DNA of 55,476 nucleotides from Clostridia bacterium (GCA_045628105.1 JAZQOX010000032.1:1-55476), one strand, 5' to 3'; positions 39,852 to 49,577 are shown, counted from the stretch's first letter. Notes: generated by a model from the sequence alone, not told the origin. Numbers and translations: made by a program.

Positions 39852-40517
39852 ATGATTTTAAAAATGAGAAAAAAAGATCCTAATGAACTAAATAAAAGAG
39901 AAAAAGCTATTCTAAAATATATTGAAAAACAAGTTAATGAAAAGGGATATCCACCATCAGTTAGAGAAATAGGAAAAGGAGTTGGATTAAGTTCAACGGC
40001 TACTGTACATACTTATTTAACTGGACTTGAAAAAAAAGGATACATTAAAAAGGAAAATCAAAAAGGAAGAACTTTAAAATTATTAAAGGGTGGACTTGAA
40101 GGCCAAGTTGAAATAAAAGAGAAAACTGCATATACAGGCAAAGAACTTGTAGATGTTCCTGTTATTGGAAAAATAACAGCAGGTGCACCAATACTAGCTG
40201 TTGAAAATGTTACAGATACATTTCCAATTCCAATTGACTTTGTTGGAAACAATGAAAGCTTCATGCTTACTGTTAGAGGAGAAAGTATGATTGAAGCTGG
40301 AATTTTAGATGGAGATTTTATTTTGGTAAGAAAACAAGATATTGCTAGAAATGGAGAAATAGTTGTTGCATTAATAGGAGATGAAGCAACAGTTAAAACT
40401 TTCTACAAAGAAAAAGATCATATAAGATTACAACCAGAAAACAGTACAATGGATCCAATAATTGTACCAGATTGTAGAATACTAGGTCGAGTATGTGGTG
40501 TATTTAGAAAAATGTAA
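39852..40517 (+). CDS. lexA: SOS repressor LexA
   Basis: YPPSVREI, ITAGAPILA cleavage site, GESMIEAGI, ATVK. Confidence 0.95.
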   Translation: MILKMRKKDPNELNKREKAILKYIEKQVNEKGYPPSVREIGKGVGLSSTATVHTYLTGLEKKGYIKKENQKGRTLKLLKGGLEGQVEIKEKTAYTGKELVDVPVIGKITAGAPILAVENVTDTFPIPIDFVGNNESFMLTVRGESMIEAGILDGDFILVRKQDIARNGEIVVALIGDEATVKTFYKEKDHIRLQPENSTMDPIIVPDCRILGRVCGVFRKM

Positions 40518-40574
40518 TTATTTTTATAAATAATATAAAATATGATGAGCATAATATAAACTAGAGGTGTTATT

Positions 40575-40721
40575 ATGCAAACAGATAAAAAAGTAGCAAA
40601 GAGAACAGACATGACTAAATATGGCGAATTTGTATGCTCAACATACCATTGGTTACCAGTTGAAAAACAAAAAGAACAAGCAGAAAAACTTGAAAATATT
40701 ACAAAAGAAAAGAACAACTAA
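40575..40721 (+). CDS. Small hypothetical protein, 48 aa (MQTDKKVAKRTDMTKYGEFVCSTYHWLPVEKQKEQAEKLENITKEKNN)
   Basis: GAGGTG RBS; fills the lexA-spoIVA gap; below the ORF-track length cutoff. Confidence 0.6.
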   Translation: MQTDKKVAKRTDMTKYGEFVCSTYHWLPVEKQKEQAEKLENITKEKNN

Positions 40722-40827
40722 AGTAATAAGAAAATTTAAAAATAAAAATGTAATAAAAATTACCTATCCATAATATACATTTATTAAAGTTTAGTACAAA
40801 CGTTAATTATGGGAGGTAATTATTTTT

Positions 40828-42306
40828 ATGGAAAGTTTGGAGATATATCAGAGTATTAAAGCAAGGACAGATGGAGATATATATGCAGGAATAGTTGGTC
40901 CTGTTAGAACTGGAAAATCAACATTTATTAAAAATTTTATGGATTTATTAGTTATACCGAACATTGAAAATACATACAAAAAAGAAAGAGCAAGAGATGA
41001 ATTGCCACAAAGTGCTGCAGGAAGAACGATAATGACAACAGAACCAAAATTTGTTCCAAATGAAGCAGCACAAATAACAATAGGAGAAAATTTAAAATTA
41101 AAAATACGATTGGTGGATTGTGTTGGTTATCTTGTAAATAACGCATTAGGATATATGGAGGAAGATGTTCCGAGAATGGTTAAAACCCCATGGTCTGATG
41201 AGGAAATTCCATTTGAAGAGGCAGCAGAAATTGGAACAAAAAAAGTTATAACTGAACATTCAACAATTGGAATTTTAGTAACAACAGATGGAAGTATAAC
41301 CGAAATACCAAGAGAGGATTATATAGAAGCTGAAAGCAGAGTAGTATCAGAACTTAAGGCACTAAATAAGCCGTTTGTAATAGTTCTAAATACAAGTAAG
41401 CCTTATTCAGAAGAAACAAAAATACTTGCGAGTAATTTAGAAAATGAGTATGGTGTTTCTGTTATACCAACAGATTGTTCTAATTTAAATACTGATGATA
41501 TAAATAATATTTTTGGAAAAATCTTATATGAGTTTCCTGTTGAGAGAATAAATATAAATTATCCTGGATGGATTGATGGATTAGATTATAATCATAGTTT
41601 GAAACAAGAATTATTTAAAGAAATAAAAGAAGCTTTTAAAGATATAACAACAATTAAAAAAATAAATGATGGGATAGAAAAAATAAAGCAAACTGAAATT
41701 ATAGTAAGAACTGAGATAGATAAAATAGATTTAGGTACAGGTGCAGTAGATATTAAAATAGAATTGAATAACAGCTTATTTTATAAAATTCTTACAGAAT
41801 TAACAGGAATAGAAATGAAAACAGAAGCTGATTTGTTTACAACAATAGATAGTTTAGCAAAAACAAAAAAAGAGTACGATAAGGTCGAAATGGCATTACA
41901 GGAAGTTAAGCAAAAGGGATATGGAATAGTAATGCCAAGTATGGAAGAATTAATTTTAGACGAACCAGAAATAGTAAAACAAGGTTCTAGATTTGGTGTT
42001 AAATTAAAAGCAAGAGCACCTTCAGTACATATGATTAGAGCTGATATTGAAACAGAAGTTTCACCTATAGTTGGAAGCGAAAAACAATCTGAAGAGCTTG
42101 TAAATTATTTATTGTCTGAATTTGAGAATGATCCAATTAAAATATGGGAATCAAATATTTTTGGAAAGAATTTACATGAACTAGTAAATGAGGGATTACA
42201 AAATAAATTATATAGAATGCCTGAAGATGCACAGGGAAAACTACAAGAAACACTAGAAAGAATTGTTAACGAAGGAAGCGGAGGATTAATTTGCATTATT
42301 CTATAA
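40828..42306 (+). CDS. spoIVA: Stage IV sporulation protein A
   Basis: GPVRTGKSTFIK, DELPQS, TTEPKFVP, C-terminal GSGGLICIIL; 492 aa. Confidence 0.97.
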   Translation: MESLEIYQSIKARTDGDIYAGIVGPVRTGKSTFIKNFMDLLVIPNIENTYKKERARDELPQSAAGRTIMTTEPKFVPNEAAQITIGENLKLKIRLVDCVGYLVNNALGYMEEDVPRMVKTPWSDEEIPFEEAAEIGTKKVITEHSTIGILVTTDGSITEIPREDYIEAESRVVSELKALNKPFVIVLNTSKPYSEETKILASNLENEYGVSVIPTDCSNLNTDDINNIFGKILYEFPVERININYPGWIDGLDYNHSLKQELFKEIKEAFKDITTIKKINDGIEKIKQTEIIVRTEIDKIDLGTGAVDIKIELNNSLFYKILTELTGIEMKTEADLFTTIDSLAKTKKEYDKVEMALQEVKQKGYGIVMPSMEELILDEPEIVKQGSRFGVKLKARAPSVHMIRADIETEVSPIVGSEKQSEELVNYLLSEFENDPIKIWESNIFGKNLHELVNEGLQNKLYRMPEDAQGKLQETLERIVNEGSGGLICIIL

Positions 42307-42443
42307 AAATAATAATGAAAAAATAAAGAGTAAAAATTTGTGGAAAAATGTAAAAAAATGTGGTATAGTAAAAATGTCTGAAAGCCTGATAAATAGCTAT
42401 ATACGTAAATATTTAATTGAAAGTAAAAATAGGAGAAATAAAT

Positions 42444-43235
42444 ATGAATATAGAAAAGCCTATGCCATTGTTATTAATAGAAGATAATGAAGAAGATGTG
42501 AGAATATTTAATGAATATATTAAAACAAGATTAGATGTGAAGTTAATCAAATCTACCAATTCAAGTTATGAGGGATTAGACATTACAAAAACATATAATC
42601 CTGAAGGAATTATATTAGATTTAGAATTACATAAAGGAGAGGGATCAGGATTAAGTTTTTTAGAGAAAATGAAGAAAATAGAACTAGATTTTAAACCCAT
42701 AGTTGTAGTAACAACAAACGTATCTTCAGATATAATATATAACCATATTAGAGAACTAGGAGCAGATTTTATTTATTATAAAAAACAAAAAGATTATTCT
42801 CCAGAGCTTGTTATTAATTCAATTGTATCATTAAGGGAAATTTTATATAGTAATAATAAAATTAATAAGAAAACAACAGTAAGAGAAAGTCAAAAAGAAA
42901 CTGAAGAAAAGTTAAAAAATATAATAAATAATGAGTTAGATTTAATTGGAATATCTGCTCACTTAAAAGGAAGAAAATATTTTGAGGATGCTATTTTTTA
43001 TTTGTTAACTAATAGAGAAAATGGATCTGTATTTTATTTCTTGGCAAACAAGTATAAGGTTGGAAACAGTAGTATAGGAAGAGCAATGCAGACAGCAATT
43101 AACTATGCATGGAAAACATCTGCAATCGACGATTTACTTATACATTACAAAGCAAGAATAAATTATGAAACAGGAGTTCCAACACCAACAGAATTTATAT
43201 ATTATTATGCTGAAAAGATAGGAAAGCTTAAATAG
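42444..43235 (+). CDS. Spo0A-like response regulator (REC + Spo0A C-terminal domain), divergent paralogue
   Basis: LLIED, IILDLEL receiver motifs; IGISAHLKGRKY, RAMQTAINYAW, PTPTEFI match Spo0A_C; AGGAG RBS before ATG 42444. Confidence 0.85.
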   Translation: MNIEKPMPLLLIEDNEEDVRIFNEYIKTRLDVKLIKSTNSSYEGLDITKTYNPEGIILDLELHKGEGSGLSFLEKMKKIELDFKPIVVVTTNVSSDIIYNHIRELGADFIYYKKQKDYSPELVINSIVSLREILYSNNKINKKTTVRESQKETEEKLKNIINNELDLIGISAHLKGRKYFEDAIFYLLTNRENGSVFYFLANKYKVGNSSIGRAMQTAINYAWKTSAIDDLLIHYKARINYETGVPTPTEFIYYYAEKIGKLK

Positions 43236-43250
43236 CTTTCCTATCTTTTT
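43213..43250 (+). terminator. Intrinsic terminator
   Basis: AAAAGATAGGAAAGCT...AGCTTTCCTATCTTTTT. Confidence 0.8.
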
Positions 43251-43373
43251 GCATTATTTTGCATATATTTGACACCACCAAACTACCTAAAACTGAATGT
43301 TTAGGTAGTATTTTTTTATTGTAAAACAAAACTATTTATTTATTTCAACAAAAAAAGGAGGTGGAGAAAAAGT

Positions 43374-43427
43374 ATGTGGGAATGGTTATTAGATCTATTT
43401 GGCTACTGGGGAGGATGGAATAGATAG
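43374..43427 (+). CDS. 17-aa Trp-rich peptide MWEWLLDLFGYWGGWNR (candidate signalling peptide)
   Basis: Strong AAGGAGGTG RBS 10 nt upstream; followed directly by a terminator hairpin. Confidence 0.65.
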   Translation: MWEWLLDLFGYWGGWNR

Positions 43428-43433
43428 TATTTA

Positions 43434-43483
43434 TAGTCAAACAATGCAAATTGTTTGACTATTTTTTGACTTTTATATATAAT
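43434..43483 (+). promoter_or_regulatory. Peptide-gene terminator overlapping the SigA promoter of the kinase
   Basis: AGTCAAACAAT...ATTGTTTGACT hairpin with T-run; TTGACT(43455)-17-TATAAT(43478). Confidence 0.7.
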
Positions 43484-43511
43484 ACTAAAAAAGTAAAAAG
43501 ATGGGGTGTTA

Positions 43512-45008
43512 ATGAACGTAGTTAGTATTTTAAACAATATAATTAAAATAAGTTTTATAAATATTTGTACATTTTGGATATTAGTTAAACTTATCGATTT
43601 TAAAGAAACAAGTTTTAAAAAAATCATTATAATTTGTATTACAAGTATTATAGGAGAAATTATAAGCATTTCACTTATTAAATACTTTAGTGTACCATTG
43701 TCAATGCTAATGTTTTACCTCATATATGGTGCTATAATTTCAAAAATAATAAAAAAGAAAATCCAGTATACAGTAATTGTAACATTCATTTCACTAATAA
43801 TTACATACTTTGTTTTTATTATTTCAATTTTTATATCAGGTAGTATTATAAAGTTAATAAATGAAGATTTAAATGTCGACAATGTACTAATCCTGTTTTT
43901 AATAATGATTTGTGAATGTATAATAATCAAAAGAATTTTTAAAGTTAGAAGATTAAAAAATGGAGTTTCGTTTTTTAAGAATGAAACAAAATTAAGTTTG
44001 GTTTTTCTAATAATAATCGGAATCGCAACAATACTGTATTCACTAGTTCAAACAGTAAATGGACGAAGAATAAATGGGTATATACTGGCGATGTTAGCTC
44101 TTGAAGCCATTTGTATGATTATTTGGATAAAACGAAAAATAACAGCATGTTATAAACAAAAACTTAAAGAACAAACTGTAAATGAATTAGAAACTGAGTT
44201 AAATGAAAAAAATAAAGAATTAAATAAAGCATTAGAAGAAAATCAAGCAATTGCTAGAATAAATCACAAATATAGTAGTAGAATAAGAGCTTTAGAAAGA
44301 ATTTCAAAAAAGATATTCGAAAAACCAGAAATAGTAGAAAAAATGAAGAACGAGTTTGGAGAAGAATTTGAAGATTTGAAGAAACAAATTGATATTTTGT
44401 CAGAAGATTTTTCAAATGAGATGAGTTCAAACATAAAACATACAAATATATTAGATAAAACTGGAGTATTTGGTATAGATAATATATTAGAATTCATGAA
44501 TGAAGAGGCGAGCAGAGCAAAAATTGATCTAGAATTAAAGATTAATGGTGATATAAACTATATGGTTCAAAATATTATTTCAGAAAATAAACTTGAAACT
44601 TTAATTGGAGATCATGTTAAAGATGCAATTATTGCGATAAACAGTTGTAATAATTCTTTAAGAAAAATTTTGGTTATAATTGGATTAATAAATGATTGTT
44701 ATGAACTTAAAATTTATGATACAGGAATAGAATTTGAAATAGAAACCCTACTTAAACTTGGAAAAACGCAAATTACAACACATAAAGATACAGGAGGTAG
44801 CGGAATAGGTTTCATAACAACATTTGAAACATTAAAAGAATTAAATGCAAGTTTAATAATTGAAGAAAAGCATGAAATGAAGAATACAGATTATACAAAA
44901 TCTGTTAGTATAAAATTTGATGGCAAAAATGAATACAGAATAAAATCTTATAGAAATGAGATTATAGAAGAGTTGGATGAGGAAAAAAGAATAATAATAC
45001 AAAAATAA
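43512..45008 (+). CDS. Polytopic membrane sensor kinase, AgrC/ComD-like GHKL type with divergent boxes
   Basis: About 6-7 N-terminal TM segments, coiled coil, INHKYSSRI H-box, IYDTG G1 box, TTHK..GGSGIG G2 box. Confidence 0.75.
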   Translation: MNVVSILNNIIKISFINICTFWILVKLIDFKETSFKKIIIICITSIIGEIISISLIKYFSVPLSMLMFYLIYGAIISKIIKKKIQYTVIVTFISLIITYFVFIISIFISGSIIKLINEDLNVDNVLILFLIMICECIIIKRIFKVRRLKNGVSFFKNETKLSLVFLIIIGIATILYSLVQTVNGRRINGYILAMLALEAICMIIWIKRKITACYKQKLKEQTVNELETELNEKNKELNKALEENQAIARINHKYSSRIRALERISKKIFEKPEIVEKMKNEFGEEFEDLKKQIDILSEDFSNEMSSNIKHTNILDKTGVFGIDNILEFMNEEASRAKIDLELKINGDINYMVQNIISENKLETLIGDHVKDAIIAINSCNNSLRKILVIIGLINDCYELKIYDTGIEFEIETLLKLGKTQITTHKDTGGSGIGFITTFETLKELNASLIIEEKHEMKNTDYTKSVSIKFDGKNEYRIKSYRNEIIEELDEEKRIIIQK

Positions 45009-45067
45009 AACATAAAAGGAATAGAAGAACATAGAATTATAAGGGCAATAGCCTTAGGAGGTATTCT

Positions 45068-45835
45068 ATGTTTTTTGTATTAAAAAAAGATAAAATAATG
45101 GCATTTTTAGTAGCATGTTCAACTGTTTTTGTACTATTTTTGATGACATCTTTCTTTAGAAATAATCCACAAGTTGTTCAAACGGCTAGTGTAAATAAAA
45201 AACTACCAATTTATTCGGTAAAAACAGATGAAAGAAAAATAGCATTAACAATAAATTGCGCATGGAATGCAGATGATATAGATAAAATATTAGATACTCT
45301 TAATAAAGAACAAGTAAAAGTTACATTTTTTATGGTAGGAGACTGGATAGAAAAAAATGAGGATTCTGCAAAGAAAATATTTGAAGCAGGACATGAAATT
45401 GGTAATCATTCATATAATCATCCACATGTAAACAATTTAAACTATGATGAAAATGTTCAGCAAATTGTAAAATGTTCAAAGCTTATAGAGAAAATAACAG
45501 GAAAACAAAGTAGTTTATATAGAGGACCATATGGAGAATATAATGATACAGTTCTTCAAGCAGCTAAAGACAACAACCATTACAACATTCAATGGTCTAT
45601 TGACACTTTGGATTATAACTCACTAACAGGAGAACAAATGTGGGAAAGAATTGAACCTAAACTTGAAAACGGAAGCATTATTTTAATGCATAATGGAACA
45701 GAAAATACTGCAAATAGCTTGGAAATGATAATTGAAAAAATTAAACAAAAAGGATTTGAAATAGTTAAGGTATCAGATTTAATTTATAAGGAAAACTTTG
45801 AAATAGATAATAATGGAGTTCAATGCAAAAAATAG
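45068..45835 (+). CDS. Polysaccharide deacetylase, PdaB-like
   Basis: LPIYSV, TFFMVGDW, HEIGNHSYNH, RGPYGEY, WSIDTLDY, IILMHN. Confidence 0.88.
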   Translation: MFFVLKKDKIMAFLVACSTVFVLFLMTSFFRNNPQVVQTASVNKKLPIYSVKTDERKIALTINCAWNADDIDKILDTLNKEQVKVTFFMVGDWIEKNEDSAKKIFEAGHEIGNHSYNHPHVNNLNYDENVQQIVKCSKLIEKITGKQSSLYRGPYGEYNDTVLQAAKDNNHYNIQWSIDTLDYNSLTGEQMWERIEPKLENGSIILMHNGTENTANSLEMIIEKIKQKGFEIVKVSDLIYKENFEIDNNGVQCKK

Positions 45836-45909
45836 GAAGATCAATTTTGATCCTCCTATTTTTATGCATTAAAAAGTATAAAATATGGAAAAAAAGTGAT
45901 AATATTAAC

Positions 45910-46278
45910 ATGAAATTACAAGAAAATAAAATTACAAAAAAAGTATTAATAGGTTTTATAGCTGGAATAATTAGTGGATTATTTGCAGCAGGTGGAGGTA
46001 TGATTGTTGTTCCTGCTTTAATACATTTATTTAATTTAAATGATTCAAAGGCAAGAGCAACATCAATTTTAGCAATATTACCAATGGTAGTAACTAGTGG
46101 TATTTTTTATTATAAGGGAAATTATATAAATTGGAGTTTAGGTATAAAATGTGCAATAGGAGGAATAATAGGAGGAATTATTGGTGCAAAGTTACTAAAA
46201 AAAATACCGGAAAAAATACTAAGAATATTGTTTATAATATTTTTGATTTATACATCAGCAAAAATGATTATGAGTTAA
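45910..46278 (+). CDS. TauE/SafE family permease (half-size)
   Basis: GIISGLFAAGGGMIVVP, ARATS, GGIIGAKL. Confidence 0.8.
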   Translation: MKLQENKITKKVLIGFIAGIISGLFAAGGGMIVVPALIHLFNLNDSKARATSILAILPMVVTSGIFYYKGNYINWSLGIKCAIGGIIGGIIGAKLLKKIPEKILRILFIIFLIYTSAKMIMS

Positions 46279-46287
46279 GGAGTTTTT

Positions 46288-46671
46288 ATGAGGGAAGTAC
46301 TAACAGGAATAATAGCAGGAACAATTAGTGGAACGGGAATGGGGGGAGGAACCTTCTTAATACTTATTCTATCTCTATTTTTAGGAATAGAACAGCACAT
46401 AGCTCAGGCTACTAATTTAATTTTTTTTATCCCAACATCAATTGCTGCAATTATTGTATCACTAAAAGAAAAATTAATAGAATGGAAATTAGGATTAAAT
46501 ATAGCTTGTAGTGGGATTATCGGAGCAGTAATTGGAGCAAAATTTTCAATTAATATAAATATGATAAGTTTAAAAAAGTATTTTGGAATTTTTTTAGCAA
46601 TCATAAGTATATATGAGATTTATACGATAATAAAAGAGTATAAATCTAAGAAAAAAAGAGAAAATATATAA
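46288..46671 (+). CDS. TauE/SafE family permease (half-size)
   Basis: SGTGMGGGTFLI, AQATNLIFFIPT. Confidence 0.82.
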   Translation: MREVLTGIIAGTISGTGMGGGTFLILILSLFLGIEQHIAQATNLIFFIPTSIAAIIVSLKEKLIEWKLGLNIACSGIIGAVIGAKFSININMISLKKYFGIFLAIISIYEIYTIIKEYKSKKKRENI

Positions 46672-46690
46672 TAAAGAATGGAGGAAGAAT

Positions 46691-46831
46691 ATGAAATTTA
46701 TAAAAGGTGTTCTTTTAGGAACAGCTGTAACTATGGCTGCATATTTAATGTGTACAGAAGGAATGGTAAATAAAAAAAGAATTATGAAACAAGCAAGAAG
46801 ATGGGCAAATAAAATGGGAATAGACTGCTAA
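46691..46831 (+). CDS. Small membrane-anchored protein, 46 aa (MKFIKGVLLGTAVTMAAYLMCTEGMVNKKRIMKQARRWANKMGIDC)
   Basis: GGAGG RBS; TM segment followed by a basic amphipathic tail; absent from the ORF track. Confidence 0.7.
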   Translation: MKFIKGVLLGTAVTMAAYLMCTEGMVNKKRIMKQARRWANKMGIDC

Positions 46832-46832
46832 A

Positions 46833-46872
46833 AAAATTGGGAACGTGCTAAGAGTAACACGTTCCCAATTTT
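46833..46872. terminator. Bidirectional terminator / palindrome
   Basis: AAAATTGGGAACGTG-N10-CACGTTCCCAATTTT between convergent genes. Confidence 0.8.
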
Positions 46873-46881
46873 AAATTGAAA

Positions 46882-47736
46882 TTAGAATTTTACAAATTTA
46901 TAAACGGCTTCGGCAAAACCGCCTTTTTCAACGGAATTTTTTGTTGTGTAGTTTGCAACTTTTTTGATTTCATCATAAGCATTTGCAACTGCAACACCAA
47001 TTCCTGCATTTTTTATCATATCTAGGTCATTTAAATTATCACCTATTGTAAGCATTTCATCAGATTTAATATTTAAATATTCTCCAAGAATTTTTAAAGC
47101 TGTATTTTTGTTTACGTTTTTAGGTATAATATCAATATATTCGTATTCTTTATTTATTATAAAATCTTTGTAATCTCCAAATTTTCTAATAGTAGTTGCA
47201 GAAACATTAACATTATTTAATATTTCAGCCTTAACTTTTTCAGTAGAATTGGTACTTGAAATAACTAATTTACATATTTGAAGAGAATTTGAAGAAACAT
47301 AATCTTTAATATTATCTACAATTTTAAATTTCATAAAATGTTCTTGTTTTGTAGATGTTTGTAAAGTATAATTTCTTAAATCAAGATAAAGAAGTTCTTC
47401 AGTAATAACTTCTTCATTTGTATAAATGTGAACATGCAAATTATTTTTCTTTGCAATTTCTATACAAGTTAATACATCAGATTGATTTAGTAAATTTTTA
47501 TAAATTTCTTTTCCTGTTTTTAAATCGATAATTTGATTTCCATTACCAAAAATACCATAAGATGCGTTTATTCTTTTACAAATAGTTTTAGTAATCGGAT
47601 ATGTTTTTCCAGTACATATTACAAAGTTGGTATTATTTTTATGTAGATCTTCAATTGCCTTATAATTATTTTCAAAAACGTAATTATCTTTAGAAATAAT
47701 TGTACCATCTAAGTCACTGGCAACTAATTTAATCAT
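46882..47736 (-). CDS. Cof-type HAD-IIB hydrolase
   Basis: LVASDLDGT, CTGK, IGDNLNDLDM, AVANA. Confidence 0.92.
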   Translation of the reverse strand: MIKLVASDLDGTIISKDNYVFENNYKAIEDLHKNNTNFVICTGKTYPITKTICKRINASYGIFGNGNQIIDLKTGKEIYKNLLNQSDVLTCIEIAKKNNLHVHIYTNEEVITEELLYLDLRNYTLQTSTKQEHFMKFKIVDNIKDYVSSNSLQICKLVISSTNSTEKVKAEILNNVNVSATTIRKFGDYKDFIINKEYEYIDIIPKNVNKNTALKILGEYLNIKSDEMLTIGDNLNDLDMIKNAGIGVAVANAYDEIKKVANYTTKNSVEKGGFAEAVYKFVKF

Positions 47737-47913
47737 AATTATTACCCCCAACATCTTAATTATAACATAAATTGGATAAAATGTAAAATTTTATATTACA
47801 AATGTATTACAAAAATATTTCATTTCTGAAACATTTAAAAAAAATATTGACAAGAAAAAAAATATTAGGTAATATACTGGTATATGTTACCAATATATTA
47901 GGAGGGTATTAAA

Positions 47914-48378
47914 ATGGCAATAGCAATTGTTAATAAAGTTTTAGATGCTTTAGGATTATCAAATGAAGAGGAAGAAGAACTTGAAAATGAGGATATTTAC
48001 GGACTAGAAGAAAATGAAGAAGAAGAAGTTGAAGAAAAAAGCGGTATATTTGGATCAAAGAAAAACAAAATAGTAAATATGCCACAAGTTCAGGCTGTTA
48101 AAATGGTTATAACACAACCAACAACTTTTGAACAATCAGAAGAAATATGCAATTATTTGAAAGAAAGAAAATCAATTATTGTTAATTTAGAATATGTTAA
48201 TAAAGAAGTTGCAAGAAGAATAATTGATTTCTTAAGCGGTGCAGTTCATGCACTAAATGGCCATATTCAAAAAGTATCTAATTCAATATTCTTAATTGCT
48301 CCTGTTAATTATGATATAGAGAGTGATTTAGCAAGAGAGGAATTAAAAAATAAATTATCAGTATCTTGGCTAAAATAA
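47914..48378 (+). CDS. sepF: Cell division protein SepF
   Basis: IIVNLE, ARRIIDFLSGAVHAL, IFLIAP. Confidence 0.92.
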   Translation: MAIAIVNKVLDALGLSNEEEEELENEDIYGLEENEEEEVEEKSGIFGSKKNKIVNMPQVQAVKMVITQPTTFEQSEEICNYLKERKSIIVNLEYVNKEVARRIIDFLSGAVHALNGHIQKVSNSIFLIAPVNYDIESDLAREELKNKLSVSWLK

Positions 48379-48395
48379 GATAGGGGGACGAGCAA

Positions 48396-48845
48396 ATGTT
48401 AACACCATTAGATTTAGAAAGCAAAAAATTCTCAAAACAAATGGTTAATGGATATAATGTTGATGAAGTAGATGATTTTTTAGATGAATTAACTACTGAC
48501 TATAGTAGATTATATAAAGAAAACAAAGAATTGAGAGAAAACACAGAAGAACTTCATAATGATGTTGGACAATATAAAAATATAGAAACAACACTTCAAA
48601 ATACTTTAGTTATAGCTCAAAAAACAGCTGATGAAATTCAAGCAGTTGCAAAAGAACAAGCTGCACAAATAATAAAGGATGCAGAATATCAAGCAAAATC
48701 AAAAATAGATGAGCTAAATACTCAAATAATGATAAAAGAAAAAGAAATAGACGAGCTAAAAAAACAATTTAGCGTATATAAAGCTAAAATGGAATCACTA
48801 TTAATTTCACAATTAGAACTTTTGAAAGATTCTGATCAAGATTAA
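48396..48845 (+). CDS. divIVA: DivIVA domain protein
   Basis: MLTPLDL..KKF...GYNVDEVDDFLD, LVIAQKTA. Confidence 0.92.
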   Translation: MLTPLDLESKKFSKQMVNGYNVDEVDDFLDELTTDYSRLYKENKELRENTEELHNDVGQYKNIETTLQNTLVIAQKTADEIQAVAKEQAAQIIKDAEYQAKSKIDELNTQIMIKEKEIDELKKQFSVYKAKMESLLISQLELLKDSDQD

Positions 48846-49129
48846 AAATAATATTTAATGCAGGTTTTAAAACCTGCATATTTTTATACTAAAAATATCA
48901 TTAAATTTGTATATAAACACTCTAAAATTGGAAATAATATGAGTAATAAAATCAAAGAATATATTTTAAATATAGAGTAAAATCAAATAAAATATAAAGC
49001 ACAAGAATACAATATTTACATATTATATAATGATATAGAATTTAACTTAAATATTAAACTTATGAAGGAATCTCTATTACCTATATTTGAAATGAAACAA
49101 AATATTTGATACTCAAGGAGTGAAGAAAA

Positions 49130-49480
49130 ATGGTAATAAAAAGAGGAGATATGTTTTATGCAGATTTAAGCCCAGTAGTAGGATCAGAACAGGGAGGAAT
49201 AAGGCCAGTACTTGTAATACAAAACAATACTGGAAATAAATACAGCCCAACAGTTATTGTTTCAGCAATAACTTCACAACAAAACAAAAGTAAACTACCA
49301 ACACACATAGAACTGTCATCACAAGAATTTGGCCTAAAAAGTGATTCAATAATTTTAACAGAACAAATAAGAACAATAGATAAAAGCAGACTAAAAGAAA
49401 AAATAGGACATATAGATGATAATATTGTGATGGATAAAATAAATAATGCATTAGGTGTAAGTTTTGGATTGGAAGAATAA
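49130..49480 (+). CDS. mazF: MazF/NdoA (PemK family) endoribonuclease toxin
   Basis: [43 protein letters not shown]. Confidence 0.93.
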   Translation: MVIKRGDMFYADLSPVVGSEQGGIRPVLVIQNNTGNKYSPTVIVSAITSQQNKSKLPTHIELSSQEFGLKSDSIILTEQIRTIDKSRLKEKIGHIDDNIVMDKINNALGVSFGLEE

Positions 49481-49577
49481 AAAGAATTTGGAGAAATCCA
49501 AATTCTTTTTTTAAATATATTGATTTTAAATTTAATATGATATATATTTATTATAAATTAAAAAAGGGGGAAAACAA

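Noticed and set aside
45910-46671. Split TauE/SafE permease as a pseudogene
   Set aside because: Tandem half-size TauE genes are common in Clostridia, and the second gene has its own RBS.
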